Assembly (NCBI GenBank): GCA_965202585.1
Contig: OZ241828.1
Location: 58,156,001 to 58,220,000, forward strand
Source of the DNA: Thalia democratica
Taxonomy: Eukaryota
Direction: 5' to 3'
DNA: 64,000 nt
Part shown: in pieces, positions 24,196 through 36,552 of the stretch
Layout: every line of letters starts with the position of its first letter
Position numbering within the stretch: the stretch's first letter is position 1
Position numbers and translations under genes: made by a program
The notes under the pieces: model-generated
Seen by the model: only the letters and a program-made list of their open reading frames with translations
Told to the model about the DNA's origin: nothing
Database searches by the model: none

Positions 24196-24621
24196 TTATT
24201 TCTTATCATGAATTTTTTCATGCTTATTAAAACTCTGTTTTGCGTAAGTATTATAATCACAGTGTTTGCAAGCAAACTTTAGTTCATAATGATATACTGT
24301 ATGATTTCTTAAATTATCTTTTGTTTTGAAAGTCTACGTTCTGGACAAATAGAACATTTAAAAGATCGAATTTCATTGTAAGTTGCTTGATGTCGAACTA
24401 ACTTACTTTTTCGAGCAAATTTTTTATCACAAATTTGACAAGCAAAAGGCTTTTCTCCTGTATGAATTCTATAGTGTGATTTAAGATGTGCTTTGCATTC
24501 AAAAACTTTTAAGCAAACATCACATTTGAATGATTTTGATTCGTCATAAATTGTCAACTGTTGCTTTAGATTTCCTTTGTTTGAACAAATTATGTTCAAT
24601 TTTAACAATTGATCAACTTTT
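24196..24621 (-). pseudogene. Zinc-finger exon remnant, unit H
   Basis: Acceptor cccag at ~24622, then TGT TAA in finger 1. Fingers 2-3 are intact in ORF 24309..24608, with a frameshift in finger 4. No upstream exons were recognised. Confidence 0.85.
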
Positions 24622-27600
24622 CTGGGAAATTAATTACTTAAACCTATACTAATATATGAAAAAATATTCTAATTAAAACTAAAGTAATACTGAATAATAA
24701 AAAACTAAGAAAGTTAAAATAAGCATGATAACTCTAACGATATTTAAAATTACATTTCGAAAATTAGTATTTAAACTTAATGAAAGTAAACAATTACATA
24801 AGATAAAACAATAATACAAATCTTAAAATCTAGAGTTACTTACTTACAAACAAGATAGGTTGGGGTTATGTTTAATGAAATTTAGAAAACATACTAGAAA
24901 TTAGCAACGATAAGTTCGAAAATCTATTAGACTTAAGTATTTTAAATAAAACACTAAATCATTCGATAAAAATTCATAAAACATTAGAAAAAGCAGTATA
25001 ATAATCAGTTTAAAATAACGAACTGAAAACTAATTTACTTAATTTTATTATGATAATTTGGTCTGATTATTTACAATAGCAACCCTCTATTTAAACAGTT
25101 ATATTAAAATGATTGTGGTACTCAAAATATAGGGAAAAGTATAACAACTTTAATTACAAACAAATAAAACTTCACTGTCAAACTTTTTTAAAACAATAAC
25201 ATGTAATGTTTTGGTCATATATATTTTACTTTATTTAAAAACTTTCCTTATAGTCATTAATCTTAACATTTGTTCTCAGTCTACCGAAGTTTGTGGTCTG
25301 ATGATCGAGTTGGTATGATCAACCGTTTGTTAAACTTTTATATATAAAGACATTCTAAGTGCTTTAAGAACGACGAATTCAAAAAACTTGGAAATAAATA
25401 AGGGCCTTTTTGTAAACTGCTATACATAATGTTTGACATAATAAACTTCATTTGATAGTCATGAAACTCCCAACGGAGTCAGTAAACTGCATTCTGCAAG
25501 CCTAATTTTGCGCGCTAAAAAAATTTTTGGCGACGTGATGTAAAACTTAAAAATTATCTGATGCACTAGAAGAAAGTTTAAACTTTTTAGTAGAAGTAAA
25601 GCTTAGTAAAAAAAAATTCTTTATGATAACTTACATTTTTTTGATGATAAACATAATTGAGTTTTTTAAACTTAATTTTAATACTTTTCTAAAAGTTCAA
25701 ATAAACATACTGTGATGTATACTGTGATGTACTTGAAACTGTAATTAGCTAATTTAGCTTGTTGTAAACATATACATATATTTATACTAAATAAATAAAA
25801 TAGCTATATAACACAGTTTTTAAAACAAAATTACATATATTTAGCATAATAGCCATAAATAAATAAAAAAGTTTTAAAGAATAAAACATGTAGTCTGACT
25901 TAAAAATTTTTCATTTAAAGTTAAACGAAAGTAAACATTTTTAACTTATAAACTTTTGAATTGTTTTCTTAAATCATTACTGTTCTCTTTTATTTTTTAA
26001 ATTTATCAGTTAGAGTGACAACAGATTGAAATCAAATGTTTTTATTTAATTTTCAAAATTTAGAAAATCCTTCAAAGAACTCTTTACTTGATCCAAACAA
26101 TACCTCAAAGAAATACATATATCTTCAGTTTTCAAGTTTTTTAAATAATAATATATTCTAAACTAAAAAACAATTTTAAAATAAATACTTGCAAAGCATT
26201 TGATTTAGTTTTTGCTCTAAAAGTCTAATATAAAACCTTAAGGAAGTACAATTTATTTTTATTATAACGTTATTTTCTTATTTTAGACAATTTAGCCAAA
26301 GTTAGTAGTTTTATATTTTTTAAACTAAATGCAGATGCTTTAACCTTATACTGCTTAATTTTTCTGAAAGTAATGACACCAAAAATTTTAATTACTACTT
26401 TAGTTCAGAGTTTAAGCTTTTAATAAGTTCCTACGAAAGAAAAAAAAAAAGTAAATATAATTATAGGAGACAAGTTTTCTAGAAGCTTTATAAAATTAAA
26501 AGACCGCGCTGGCAAAATGATATTACAGCTTCAAAAAAACATATGCAACTTTCTAATTACTAAAGTAATTTCCATTCACAAAAAAAAATTAAATGTCTTT
26601 TTATTGGTAATCATTTATAAGTTTTGAAGGACAAGTAGATAAATCCTATAATTTAAAACAAAAAAAAATTTGAAAAAGCTTCAAAGTAGCTTTTGAAATT
26701 TAAATTCAGCGAAACGTCACTAAATAGCGTAAAATTCTTGTAATCGCTCCAAAATCGATTGATCGGTAGGACTTTTTATGGGTAGTTTTAAATATTGGGT
26801 ACTTTTAATTGCAGCAATTTTGCAAAAAAAGTACCCAATATTTTGATGACGTCATTAACTTTACTTTGGGTAGTTTTGAAGCTTAAACTTTGTAAACAAA
26901 GCAAAATTGCTGTCCAGGCCTATGACAAATTCACATTGTTTATTTTTTTAAATATTAAAATGCATAAATATGAATAAAAACAATGAAATAGTACAAATTA
27001 TTTCCCTTTGTTATTAAAGTTATAGAAATATAATTTCTAACTCTGATATTTTTTGTGTAAGTTACAATTTCAAACTAAAAACAAATAAAGCTATTATTTT
27101 TTTTAATTTTCCTTTATAGTTTATTATTGATGATTTTAAGTCATTAAAAATTTAAACAAGTTATACATAAGTTTTGTAGTTCAATAAAACCTAGCTTTTT
27201 TTTAGTTTGAAATAAAGCTAAAGTGATGGTCATCAAACCTAGATGTTTATTGGAATCTTGGAATGTTGTATAAAATCCTAGAATAACTTAAAATTCTGAT
27301 CTTTTTTTTTTATAGAAAAATAAATGAGACTTGTAATTAAAAAAGTATGTTAAATTTGGAAAAAATTGAACAAAATTTCAATAAAAAACTTAGTGTAGTT
27401 ACAGGAAGGGTGTAGATCAGCTTTATTACAACTTGATGCTATTTTACAGATTTTTAAGTAAACCACAAGTAGCCTTATACAGATTTTTAATACTAAAACA
27501 AATTTTTAAGATAGAAAATTATATTAGTGAGTACAATAGGTTTTTGTTGTCATCTTTTATTTTGTTTTCTTTCTTTTTATAAATATTCAAAGATATATTT

Positions 27601-28306
27601 CCTTAAGATTTGACAGGGTTGCCAAAACACCTTGAATCCAGGAACTTGACAGTTTAAACAAAAACTGGAAACACCTTGAGTCTGTGGAATTTAAAAAAAA
27701 GGAAAAATATGGTATTTCAAACAAAATCACCAAAAAATATATGATTTTTAAACTATTTCTGCATGTAAAATAATAAAGTTTTAATTAGATATAATAAGTC
27801 TATCATGTATATGAGTTTTTATTTCTATCAATAAATTTATTTAACTATAAACACATTTTAAGTATTTTTACAATATCATTTTAGTGTTGTTATACTATTT
27901 AAGATAGTTATTTACCTTAAATTTATTAGTTTATGCTATAGATAGATCAATATACTTGTTGCCTTAAAAACTTAGAAGAAACTCTAAAAACATGAAGAAA
28001 GTTTAAAAAAAATCTGTTTATGGTATTGATCTCAAAAACGTAGGAGTAGAAAGATTTTTAGTAGTAGTTAACCCCTATCATAAGCAACCTATTGTATTCT
28101 CCAACTTAAACAGGCTATTTCTCACAAAACTATTTTAATAAAAAATTCTGTAAACAGTAACTCAAAGCTTAGTTAAAATTCAACAAAGTAAGATCAAGTT
28201 ATACAAAAAAGACTAACCCCACCCTCCCCAAGCCCTAAGTATTTTTTTTATTAAACTAAATTTAGTGTTTTACTAACAGGTATATTTGTAGTGTTAAGTT
28301 ACTAAA

Positions 28307-30178
28307 ATGGCAAAAGAAGCATTTAATTTCATTCGAAAGTGGAAACACTTAGGTGAAAAAGAGTTTACAGAGATTTTTTTAAAAGAACTTCCTAAGTTTG
28401 GTTTAGGGCCACTTGACCCATATCGAGAAAATGTACACTTTGAACCACCTCAAAAGGTTGATGATGTTGCAGTCAAACTACAATTAGGGTTACCCACAGA
28501 CTGCATACCAATCCAAAACTCAGGGGCTGGGGATTGTTTGTTTAAAGCTATTTCCCAGTCCCTGTATGGTATTGAAGACCATCATAAAGAAATTAGGTTA
28601 AAAGTATTTATTTGGATGGCTAAAAATAAAGATGCAGTTGTACAAATAAGAGAAAAGTACAAACACTTTACATTTGACTCTGTATTTTCTTTAACAATGT
28701 AAGTGGGAACACCACAAACGTGGATGGGAGTTGCCCACATTGCATGCAGTGCAATGGCACTTAATATACATATAAATACATTCTACCCATATGTAAATGG
28801 TCTAGAAAATACTATAGCCAAATTGCTTAACACAATTTTTAATTGTAAAGTTTATGGAAATGAAGTAAGTATAATAATTCAATGGTCTTCCATAACTTTT
28901 GATACTAGTAAATATTGGCAGCCAAACCATTTTGTTAGTTTGGTAAGTAAAGTTAAGCAAAACAGTAAATTTAAAATAAGTAAAAGAAGAATTATAATTG
29001 TTGACAGCGATGATAAAGACAGTGATGATTTTTCAAATGCTAGTGTTAATGTTGATTCAAGTTTAAGTGAGAATTTGTTTAAAACAGTTAAAAACAATAA
29101 ACAAAATGAGCCTCAAAAAACTTATTCCAGTGATAGTTCAGATGATTTTGTAGATAATTTTAATGCTAAAAATAAAAAAGGTGGTAATTTTTATAACACA
29201 AAACACTTTTTTAAGCCTACTGAAAGAAAAAAACAAAAAAAATCTTGTTATGTTCAACAACCTTACTTAAAAAATAATACAGATAACAAAGATATTGTCA
29301 ATAATATAGATGGTATATATGTCAAACCTTATACTGAAATTAAAAGGCATAAGGATATTTCTAAGGTATTAGAAAAGTGTGACAAAGTTCTAGATGCTGT
29401 ACCAAAGATTATAAAAAGTAATGTGCAATTTGTATTAAATATGGACAACTTTTACTTTCCAGATAGTAAAAAAGCGTTCAGATTTTATGATGATTGTGGA
29501 GAATGGGACTTCAAAAGCAAAAATTATAAGGTATCTTTTTATCAGAAGTCAGGTTTTACTAAAGTTTCTGCAACATGTTCTGTTGAATCACTAATGAAAC
29601 TCAAAGAGTGCAACTTGATAAAAATTATTTGGTATAAAATAAAACATTCTTTAGATAAAAATTTTATCAGGGTAGTCACTTTTGTTATTTCTAAAGAATT
29701 TAAAAGAGCTCTTTTTCAATACAAAGGTACCCAACCATTGTTTTGTAAAAAAATTAGAGTTGATCCAATGTCCATCAAAAAAGTAAAGGTTGATATTAAT
29801 CTGAAAAGTAAAAAAATTAAGAATACAATTGATGATCCAAATTTAAGTACTAAGTCAATAAAAAATGTGAAGTATAGAATTAACAACAAGCATAAGGACT
29901 TTAAAGAAAAAAATATTGCAAATGATCTAGAGAATTGCTTAAAGAAAGTAGGTGATGGATTCATTCAGTCTATCAAAATTTTTAATGATCCTATACTTAC
30001 AAATGTCCATAAAAACTTACCTTCATTTATTCTTTTCAAAGAGGATCAGTTTGTTGACATGGTCACATGTTCTGCTCAACTAGGTTCAGTTCTAAGTGTA
30101 GACAGAACTTTTAATCTGGGAGCTTATTTCTTGACAGCTATTACTTTCAAAAACAAAAAAGTAACTTTTTACTTTTAA
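28307..30178 (+). pseudogene. OTU/vertnin-like cysteine protease fused to the N-terminal part of a MULE transposase; in-frame TAA at 28700-28702, truncated after 30178
   Basis: The Cys box SGAGDCLFKAISQSLYGIEDHHKEIRL, the W-x4-HI helix, TFYP and the His box WQPNHFVSLV resemble OTU/vertnin. The C-terminal LSVDRTFNLGAYFLTAITF resembles the first catalytic-Asp motif of animal MULE transposases. The two ORFs are co-linear in one frame. Confidence 0.7.
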
Positions 30179-30304
30179 GAGTATTAACTTTTACTTTTAT
30201 GGTGGATTATGGATCAACTCAATAGTAACTCAATAGAACATGTTTTTGAAAAATAACCTTTTTTTTCCAAATACAGCTTTTTGATAAAAAGTTACCTTAT
30301 ACAA

Positions 30305-30830
30305 CAAAATAACAAAATAATTTGGCTGCCAATATTTGTTAGTATCAAAAGTTTTGAAGAACATTGAATTGTTATACTTACTTCGTTTCCAAGAGCTTTA
30401 CAATTAAAAACTGTGTTTAGAAATTTGGCTGTAATTTCTTCTAGACCATTTACATGTGGATAGAATGTATTAATATATATATCAATTGTCAAATTTAGTG
30501 TCAACTGCGTGCATTGTGGTCTACTCCCATCCACATTTGTGGTGCTCACACTTACATTGTTTTAGAAAGTACCGAGTCTATTGTAAAGTATATGTATCTC
30601 TTATTTGTACAACTGCATCTTTGTTCTTGACAATCCAAGCAAATACTTTTAGACAACTCATTTAGTTTAAGATTGGAATACTATCTATGGGTGATCCCAA
30701 TTGTAATTTGACTGCAACTCTATCAACCTCATATGTGTCAAAGTGTACACTTTGTCAAGTGTTAAGTGGCCCTAAACAAACTTTGGAACTTCACTTAGAT
30801 AAAATTCTTTGAACTCTTTTTCACATACTT
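30305..30830 (-). pseudogene. Inverted, decayed copy of the OTU-coding segment
   Basis: Its reverse complement aligns to ~28350-28930 (e.g. NTFYPHVNGLEEITAKFLNTVFNCK versus NTFYPYVNGLENTIAKLLNTIFNCK). It is about 20% diverged in a 51-nt block counted by hand, lacks the catalytic-Cys segment, and has several stops. Confidence 0.85.
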
Positions 30831-30890
30831 TTATTGTGATTGAACTAAAGTACTATATTTGCCTCTATAAATTATTAGTGCACAAGTAGT

Positions 30891-31645
30891 TACCTAGGAC
30901 TAATGATACTTCATTTTTTTGTTATACTAAAAATTGTATGTTTTAGTATTTCTTTTTAGTTTCTTTATTTGTTAGATTTAACTTTGTTTTTGTTAAGTGC
31001 TGTTTTAGTTCAATTGTAAAAATAAATTTTTATCTGAGTTAGTCTGTTTTAATTTTTCACCATGTAATTAAAAGTAAATCATGGTTACATACTTAACTGT
31101 TTATTTTATAAAATCAGAATTGTTGTTTTCAATGATCTATAACTGTCAGTAAAGATTAAAATTAGATTTTTAAGTGTTTATTTTCTGTTTAAATATCAAG
31201 TAGTATTAATATTGATAACTAAAAATTGCTTTTTTAAACAGAATTACCTAGGACTAATGACATTTCATTTTTTTTTGTTATACTAAAGAGTGTATGTTTC
31301 AGTATTTCGTTTTAGTTTCTTTATTTGTTAGATTTAACTTTGTTTTTGTTAAGTGCTGTTTTAGTTCAGTTGTAAAAAGAAATTTTTATCTGAGTTAGTC
31401 TATTTTAATTTTTGACCATATAATTAAAAGTAAATCATGGTTACATACTCAACTGCTTGTTTTATAAAATCAGATTTGTGTTTTTTTTATGATCTATAAC
31501 TGTCAGTAAACATTTAAACTAGATTTTTTTGTGTTAATTTTCTGTAGTATTAATATTAATAACCGAAAATTGCTTATTTTAAACAATATTACCTAGGACT
31601 AATGATATTTCATTTTTTGTTATACTAAAGATTGTATGTTTTAGA
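30891..31645. repeat. ~350-bp tandem repeat (two full copies plus a partial) inside the MULE
   Basis: tacctaggactaatga...tgttatactaaa recurs at 30891, 31245 and 31590. Confidence 0.85.
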
Positions 31646-33839
31646 TTTATATACCTGTTTTTAATTTTTCAACACATTTAGTTTTAGTATTAAAGATAGA
31701 TGTTTTGTTTTCTGCTTTTAAAAAACAATTTTTTCAAAATATGTTTGGATTATTTTGAATACTTAAGATAAGTGAATTTTTTATTGTGTTCTATAATAAA
31801 ATATGAATCTTATACATTTAGGTAAATATAACGTTTTTTTTTTAAGTTGTTGTGTGTGTGAAAAAATTAATATAGTTTAAAATAATAAATTTTTAACAAA
31901 TGCGAAAATGTTTCATTTCTTTATTTATTAATTAAAATTACAGATGATACTTATTTTTGTATACAACTAAAGTTTACTTTGAATTCGATTTAAAGTTTAT
32001 AGTATAATAAAATGTTATAGTTATAATTGAATAATTTTAAAGTTTTAACTTAAGCTTTAACTAGAAATAAGAGCAAGTAATAAAATTTGTTAAAAATAAA
32101 TTTTAGAACCCTTATGGCTTGTTTAAAGAATTATTTAAATAATTATGATAAACAGCTTACAATAAATTAAAACTTTACTAGGTTTTTGTTTCTAAACAAA
32201 ATTAGAGTAGTCTCTTTAGATTTAATTAAAACTAAATTGGTTATTTATGCCTTATTTTAGTTTATCTATACACATCACATTACCGGCTTTAATCATTATA
32301 TTAACTGGTCAAGTATGTTTTTTACGAAAATCATAACATAGAAGAAGTCTTATTGTATCATGTTAAATAAGTTTCAAATGTATAATTTCAAAATTACTAG
32401 TAATTACAGTTTAATTAGTGTTCTTCTGTAGTTATAACTTAGTAAATAAGTTTAAAAATTACACATGACTCAAAGAAAATTACACATAAATTAAAAACAA
32501 CCCACTTTATAATTGTCATTACATTTCATTTAAACTTAGTAAATAATTAAAATAGTTTTTTATTTTATATCTATAGACGTGGTTGAATTTGTTTACAATT
32601 AAAAATTACATAGAATGCGTATTTTTTATAAACAGAGACGCTTGTTCTTGTGTTTACAAAAATAAAGCTCCAAAAACTAGCAGTACGGCTTTTAATGAAG
32701 CCATTTATATAGAATTTTTAAATGTAAAATTGTTCAATTTACTTTTCAGCGCGACGTATTTTTACAACTTTTTTGTATAATTTTAAAATCAAAACTACCC
32801 AAAATATGCTATGACGTCATGAAAATATTGGAGCCTTTTTTTGCAAAATTGCTGCAATTATACTCATGAAAAGTACCCAATATTGCTCGAAAAAAAACTA
32901 CCCATAAACCTACCCTCGATTGATAAAGTATTGATACGAAGCATCGTTATTACTAATGAAAATACTAGTTGTTATGGCAACAAAATGTATTAAGTTGTTA
33001 TGCAAGCTACTTACGTATGTATTTCTATTTCTAAATTATCTTCATATTATTTTGCTAATAAAAATGTTGTGTTTTTATATTTATATTATAACAATAAGAC
33101 TAGTGAAGCAATATAATTTTGCGGTCACATCACTTATTTCGATTAAAAAACCCGGTTGAAGTTTTTAAATGAGTACAGGCTCAAACAAATAAAAAAAATG
33201 TTAAATATGTTATTTTAGTATTTTAACAAACAAATAAAATAAAAACTTTCAAATAAGAGTAAGATTTTATTTTATCACATATTAGTTTCATCAAATGTTT
33301 TGAGCACTCTAATTTATACAGTTTTCTAACTTATATTTATTTTTTCATTTTAGGCGATTTTGTATTGTTCTTTGTAAATTATAGTTTTTCTACAAAAATT
33401 AAAGTAACTCCGTCGTAATTTTTTTTTTGAAACCGTTTTGAATTTTACCTAAGGTATTTTTGAGACAATATCCCTATGTAAAACATTTTCAAGGTAAATT
33501 CTCGATGGTTGCATTTTTTATCTTTCGTACAATTTTAACTTCAGTTCTCTTCTTAGTTTCTAAGCTTTGAAAAGAGATTTTTTAAATTTTATCAATATTA
33601 TATTGAAGAAAAACTCATAATAAAACTATATAAAAGAAAAGTTTTTAGTATTCAATAGTATAGAGTTTTAATCGAAATATATAATATCAATATGAATGAA
33701 ATTCAACGATTCATCGTAATTGAAATAAAAGCAAAACTTACATTATTAAAAAAAATGTTATATTTATATCTTAACATAGTTTCATAATATTGTTTGAAAT
33801 GTTAACTATATGTTTATTTTCTTTCAAAAAAGTTATATG

Positions 33840-34640
33840 TTGAAAACGTTGTATTGATGTTTTATATATTCTTGAACTTTTTACAATCTGACTGTAAACT
33901 TACAAAAAAAAAACTTTATAAAAAATTTTTGTAAGTTTCCACTCTCTCATTTGTTAAGAACAAATTTTTTCTTTTTTTATAAAAAAAGAATAGTTTATCT
34001 AAAGAAAACAATTACTTTGATCATGCTTAACAAAAAAACCTTTTCTGCATTTATTTTTTTTGTTTACTATGTTTAGCTGTGTTAATAGTTGTTAATAGTC
34101 TTTAAAAGCTACAAGTATCTACAACAAGTTTAGCATAAAATAAGTTTTAGCAGCTTAACTAACAATATATTTTGTTTAAACAAATTGTTTATAAAAAAAA
34201 GTTGCAATTTACAGCTTTTTATTATGCAATAAAGTAGTCTAACTTTTGATGATTGTAATCCTTAGTGATTACAGTGTATATTTATATATTCATTTTGTTG
34301 AAGGTTACGATATTGTTTTAACTTCATGGAGTTTAACTTATACAATCATTTTAATTACCATACTGTTATTTTTTTATTAAAATTATAACACTCAAAACAA
34401 ACTTGTTAAGTGTTGAGTTTAGAAAAAATAGTAAATAAAAGATCAATATAGTACATTAAAAAAAAAGTATTTCGGAAACCTTTTTTTTTAATAGTAATAA
34501 CTAAATTCCAACATAAGCGATTATTTTATACACCAGTATTAATATTAAGCAGTATAATATTTATTGGCTCAGTGAGTTCAGCTATGATGTTCAGGTAGGT
34601 CTTGCATGGCACAAATTAAAGAAGTAGTTAGATTTAAACT
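33840..34640 (+). pseudogene. Duplicated 5' region (upstream DNA + exon 1 homologue) of the lectin gene
   Basis: Co-linear similarity to ~36590-37400. The exon-1 homologue (...ttttatacaccagtattaatattaagcagtataatatttattggctcagtgagttcagct...) lacks the ATG, and no downstream exons follow. Confidence 0.7.
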
Positions 34641-35454
34641 CTATTTGATTTAAAATAAAAAAAATATGTTTCTATAGCGGATGTAAATCTGTTGTAAAGT
34701 TAACAAAGATTAATTAAAATCAGATTTTACATAACTTTTAAACAGAATTCCCTCACACTGGTTCCACTTTTTTATACAACAGTATAACACTTTATTAACA
34801 ATCTGTTTTATATAACAGGTTAAAAGTAGAAATTAACTGATAACTATGTTGAAGTTTGTTGACTAAATAGTTAATTTTTTTGATAATTTATTTAACAGCT
34901 AAAGAAAAAAAAAAAAACTTTCTTTTTCTTCTATATTAATATATTTCTATCATAACATAAAGCAATATTAAAGTTAACTGTTTACAAACTTTTAAACTGA
35001 GTCTAGATGACCCACTACGTAATCTTAGCTGAGCAAATGACAGTTTTAAGCCTAACGTTGTACATCATTTAAGATTATGCCGTGAATAATTTCATATGAT
35101 TACACGAACTTTCTATTATTTAATCAAAATTACCAAAATTTATTGTTTTATAATAAATAGAGGTAGAGATAGGTGAGCGTAAACAATTACAAAAATTTTG
35201 GTTTAAATTTACTTGTTTAGAAAGTTTTTAGTAATGTGGTGATTGTATTTAGTTAAACCTATATTTGAATAAGTACAATTTTACGGGTGGATCCAAAATT
35301 CGTTTTTATTTTATTAAGTCAATCAGAACAAAGCTTCTTTTATCTTTTTAAAAGAACAAATATTTGCTTCTGTATTGATATTAAATTGATATATATATAC
35401 TACAAACAAGATAAACTACACTTCAAACTAAAACATATATAATTAAAATAGTAT

Positions 35455-36552
35455 CGGGTAAAATTAGCACGAACACAAAATTGTACGAGTAACAGTTTTG
35501 CACAGAGGGTTATTTTTACACGAGAGTAAAAAAAATAAAAAGTAAAAGAAAGCTATTTAAAAATATACTAAATGATAAACTAATAGAAATAAGCTACCGA
35601 TCGAGGGTAAGGGTTAGTGGTAACAACTAGAGTAAAATTAAAAATAAGAAAATTAATGATAAAAATTCTTCAAAAAAAAGAAAACTAGGGTAAGGGTTAG
35701 GGGTTACAGTGATAATAAAATATAACTATATAAATTATTAAAAAAAAGAAAAGTTTATAAAAAGCAGAAATTAAAAACTGGAAAGAAAAGAAAATCAATA
35801 TGTTTATAAAATAAAATATTCTTAATAGCATCAATGTATCATAAGACAGAAAGAAATAATAAACAATAGTTTAAAAAAGAATACGTTGTTAATAATGATT
35901 ATTCATGCAGCAAAAAAAAAGCGCTCTAAAATTTAACGAAACACTGTTACTCAGTCATAAACGAAGCTTCCAACTTTAATCTATCAAAAGTTTTTATGTT
36001 TTATTCATTAATATAGTTTTAAAATATCTGTTAAGTATTTTTACTTTTTGCTAATTTTTTATAATAGTAAATTAAGAATGGGTCAAAATTGCACGAAGAG
36101 AAAATTGCACGAAAGCACAAAATTGCACGAGGAGATAAAATCACACGAAGAAAAATTTGCACCAAAGGTCATTTTTGGACGAGTTACGATTTTGCACAAA
36201 AGTAAAAAAAAACAAAAAAACTAAAATATAAATTAATAGAAAAACAAAAATAAATAAAAAAAGTTACTGACCGAGGATAAGGGTTAGGAGAAACAGTGAT
36301 AGTAAAAAAAATAATCAAAAAAAAAACTAATAAAAGTTACTAGAAAAAAACAAAATTAAAATTTAAAAAAGTAATTATAACTAAAAAATAAAGCTACCGA
36401 CCGAGGTTTAGGGGGAAAAGTGATAGTAAAAAACAAAATAAAGTTAAATTAATAAAAGTTAAACCCGTGCAAAAATGTCTCCGCGCAAAAGTGCCTTCGT
36501 GCAAAAGTAACCTTTCGTGCAAAAGTGTCTTTGTGGAAGTTTGACAGCTACC
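35455..36552 (+). mobile_element. Two adjacent copies/fragments of a GGTA-ended MITE family (~35455-35720 and ~36078-36552)
   Basis: Subterminal aaattgcacga-type repeats at the left end and inverted cgtgcaaaa repeats at the right end. The terminus tttgacagctacc is shared with the 55398-55674 copy. Both carry the internal gggtaagggttag...cagtgatagt motif. Confidence 0.65.

Larger units (their letters stand above)
26764..32915 (+). mobile_element. Mutator-like DNA transposon (MULE), 6152 bp, internally rearranged
   Basis: Imperfect ~120-150-bp TIRs ((c)GGTAGG...ttatgggtagtt...aatattgggtactttt...aattgcagcaattttgcaaaaaaa...atgacgtca versus its reverse complement ending CCTACCC). The 9-bp TSD TCGATTGAT is at 26755-26763 and 32916-32924. 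Confidence 0.85.

Noticed and set aside
25290-25345. CTGATGA motif as a hammerhead or C/D snoRNA
   Set aside because: There is no GAAA after the stem and no properly placed D box or terminal stem.
25506-25533. E2F-like sites (TTTTGCGCGC, TTTTGGCG) upstream of the ZF array
   Set aside because: These are short motifs with no associated exon 1 or TSS evidence, so they cannot be supported.
35595-36420. Interstitial telomeric repeats (gggtaagggttaggg)
   Set aside because: Only 1-2 imperfect units occur, always embedded in the same MITE internal motif.
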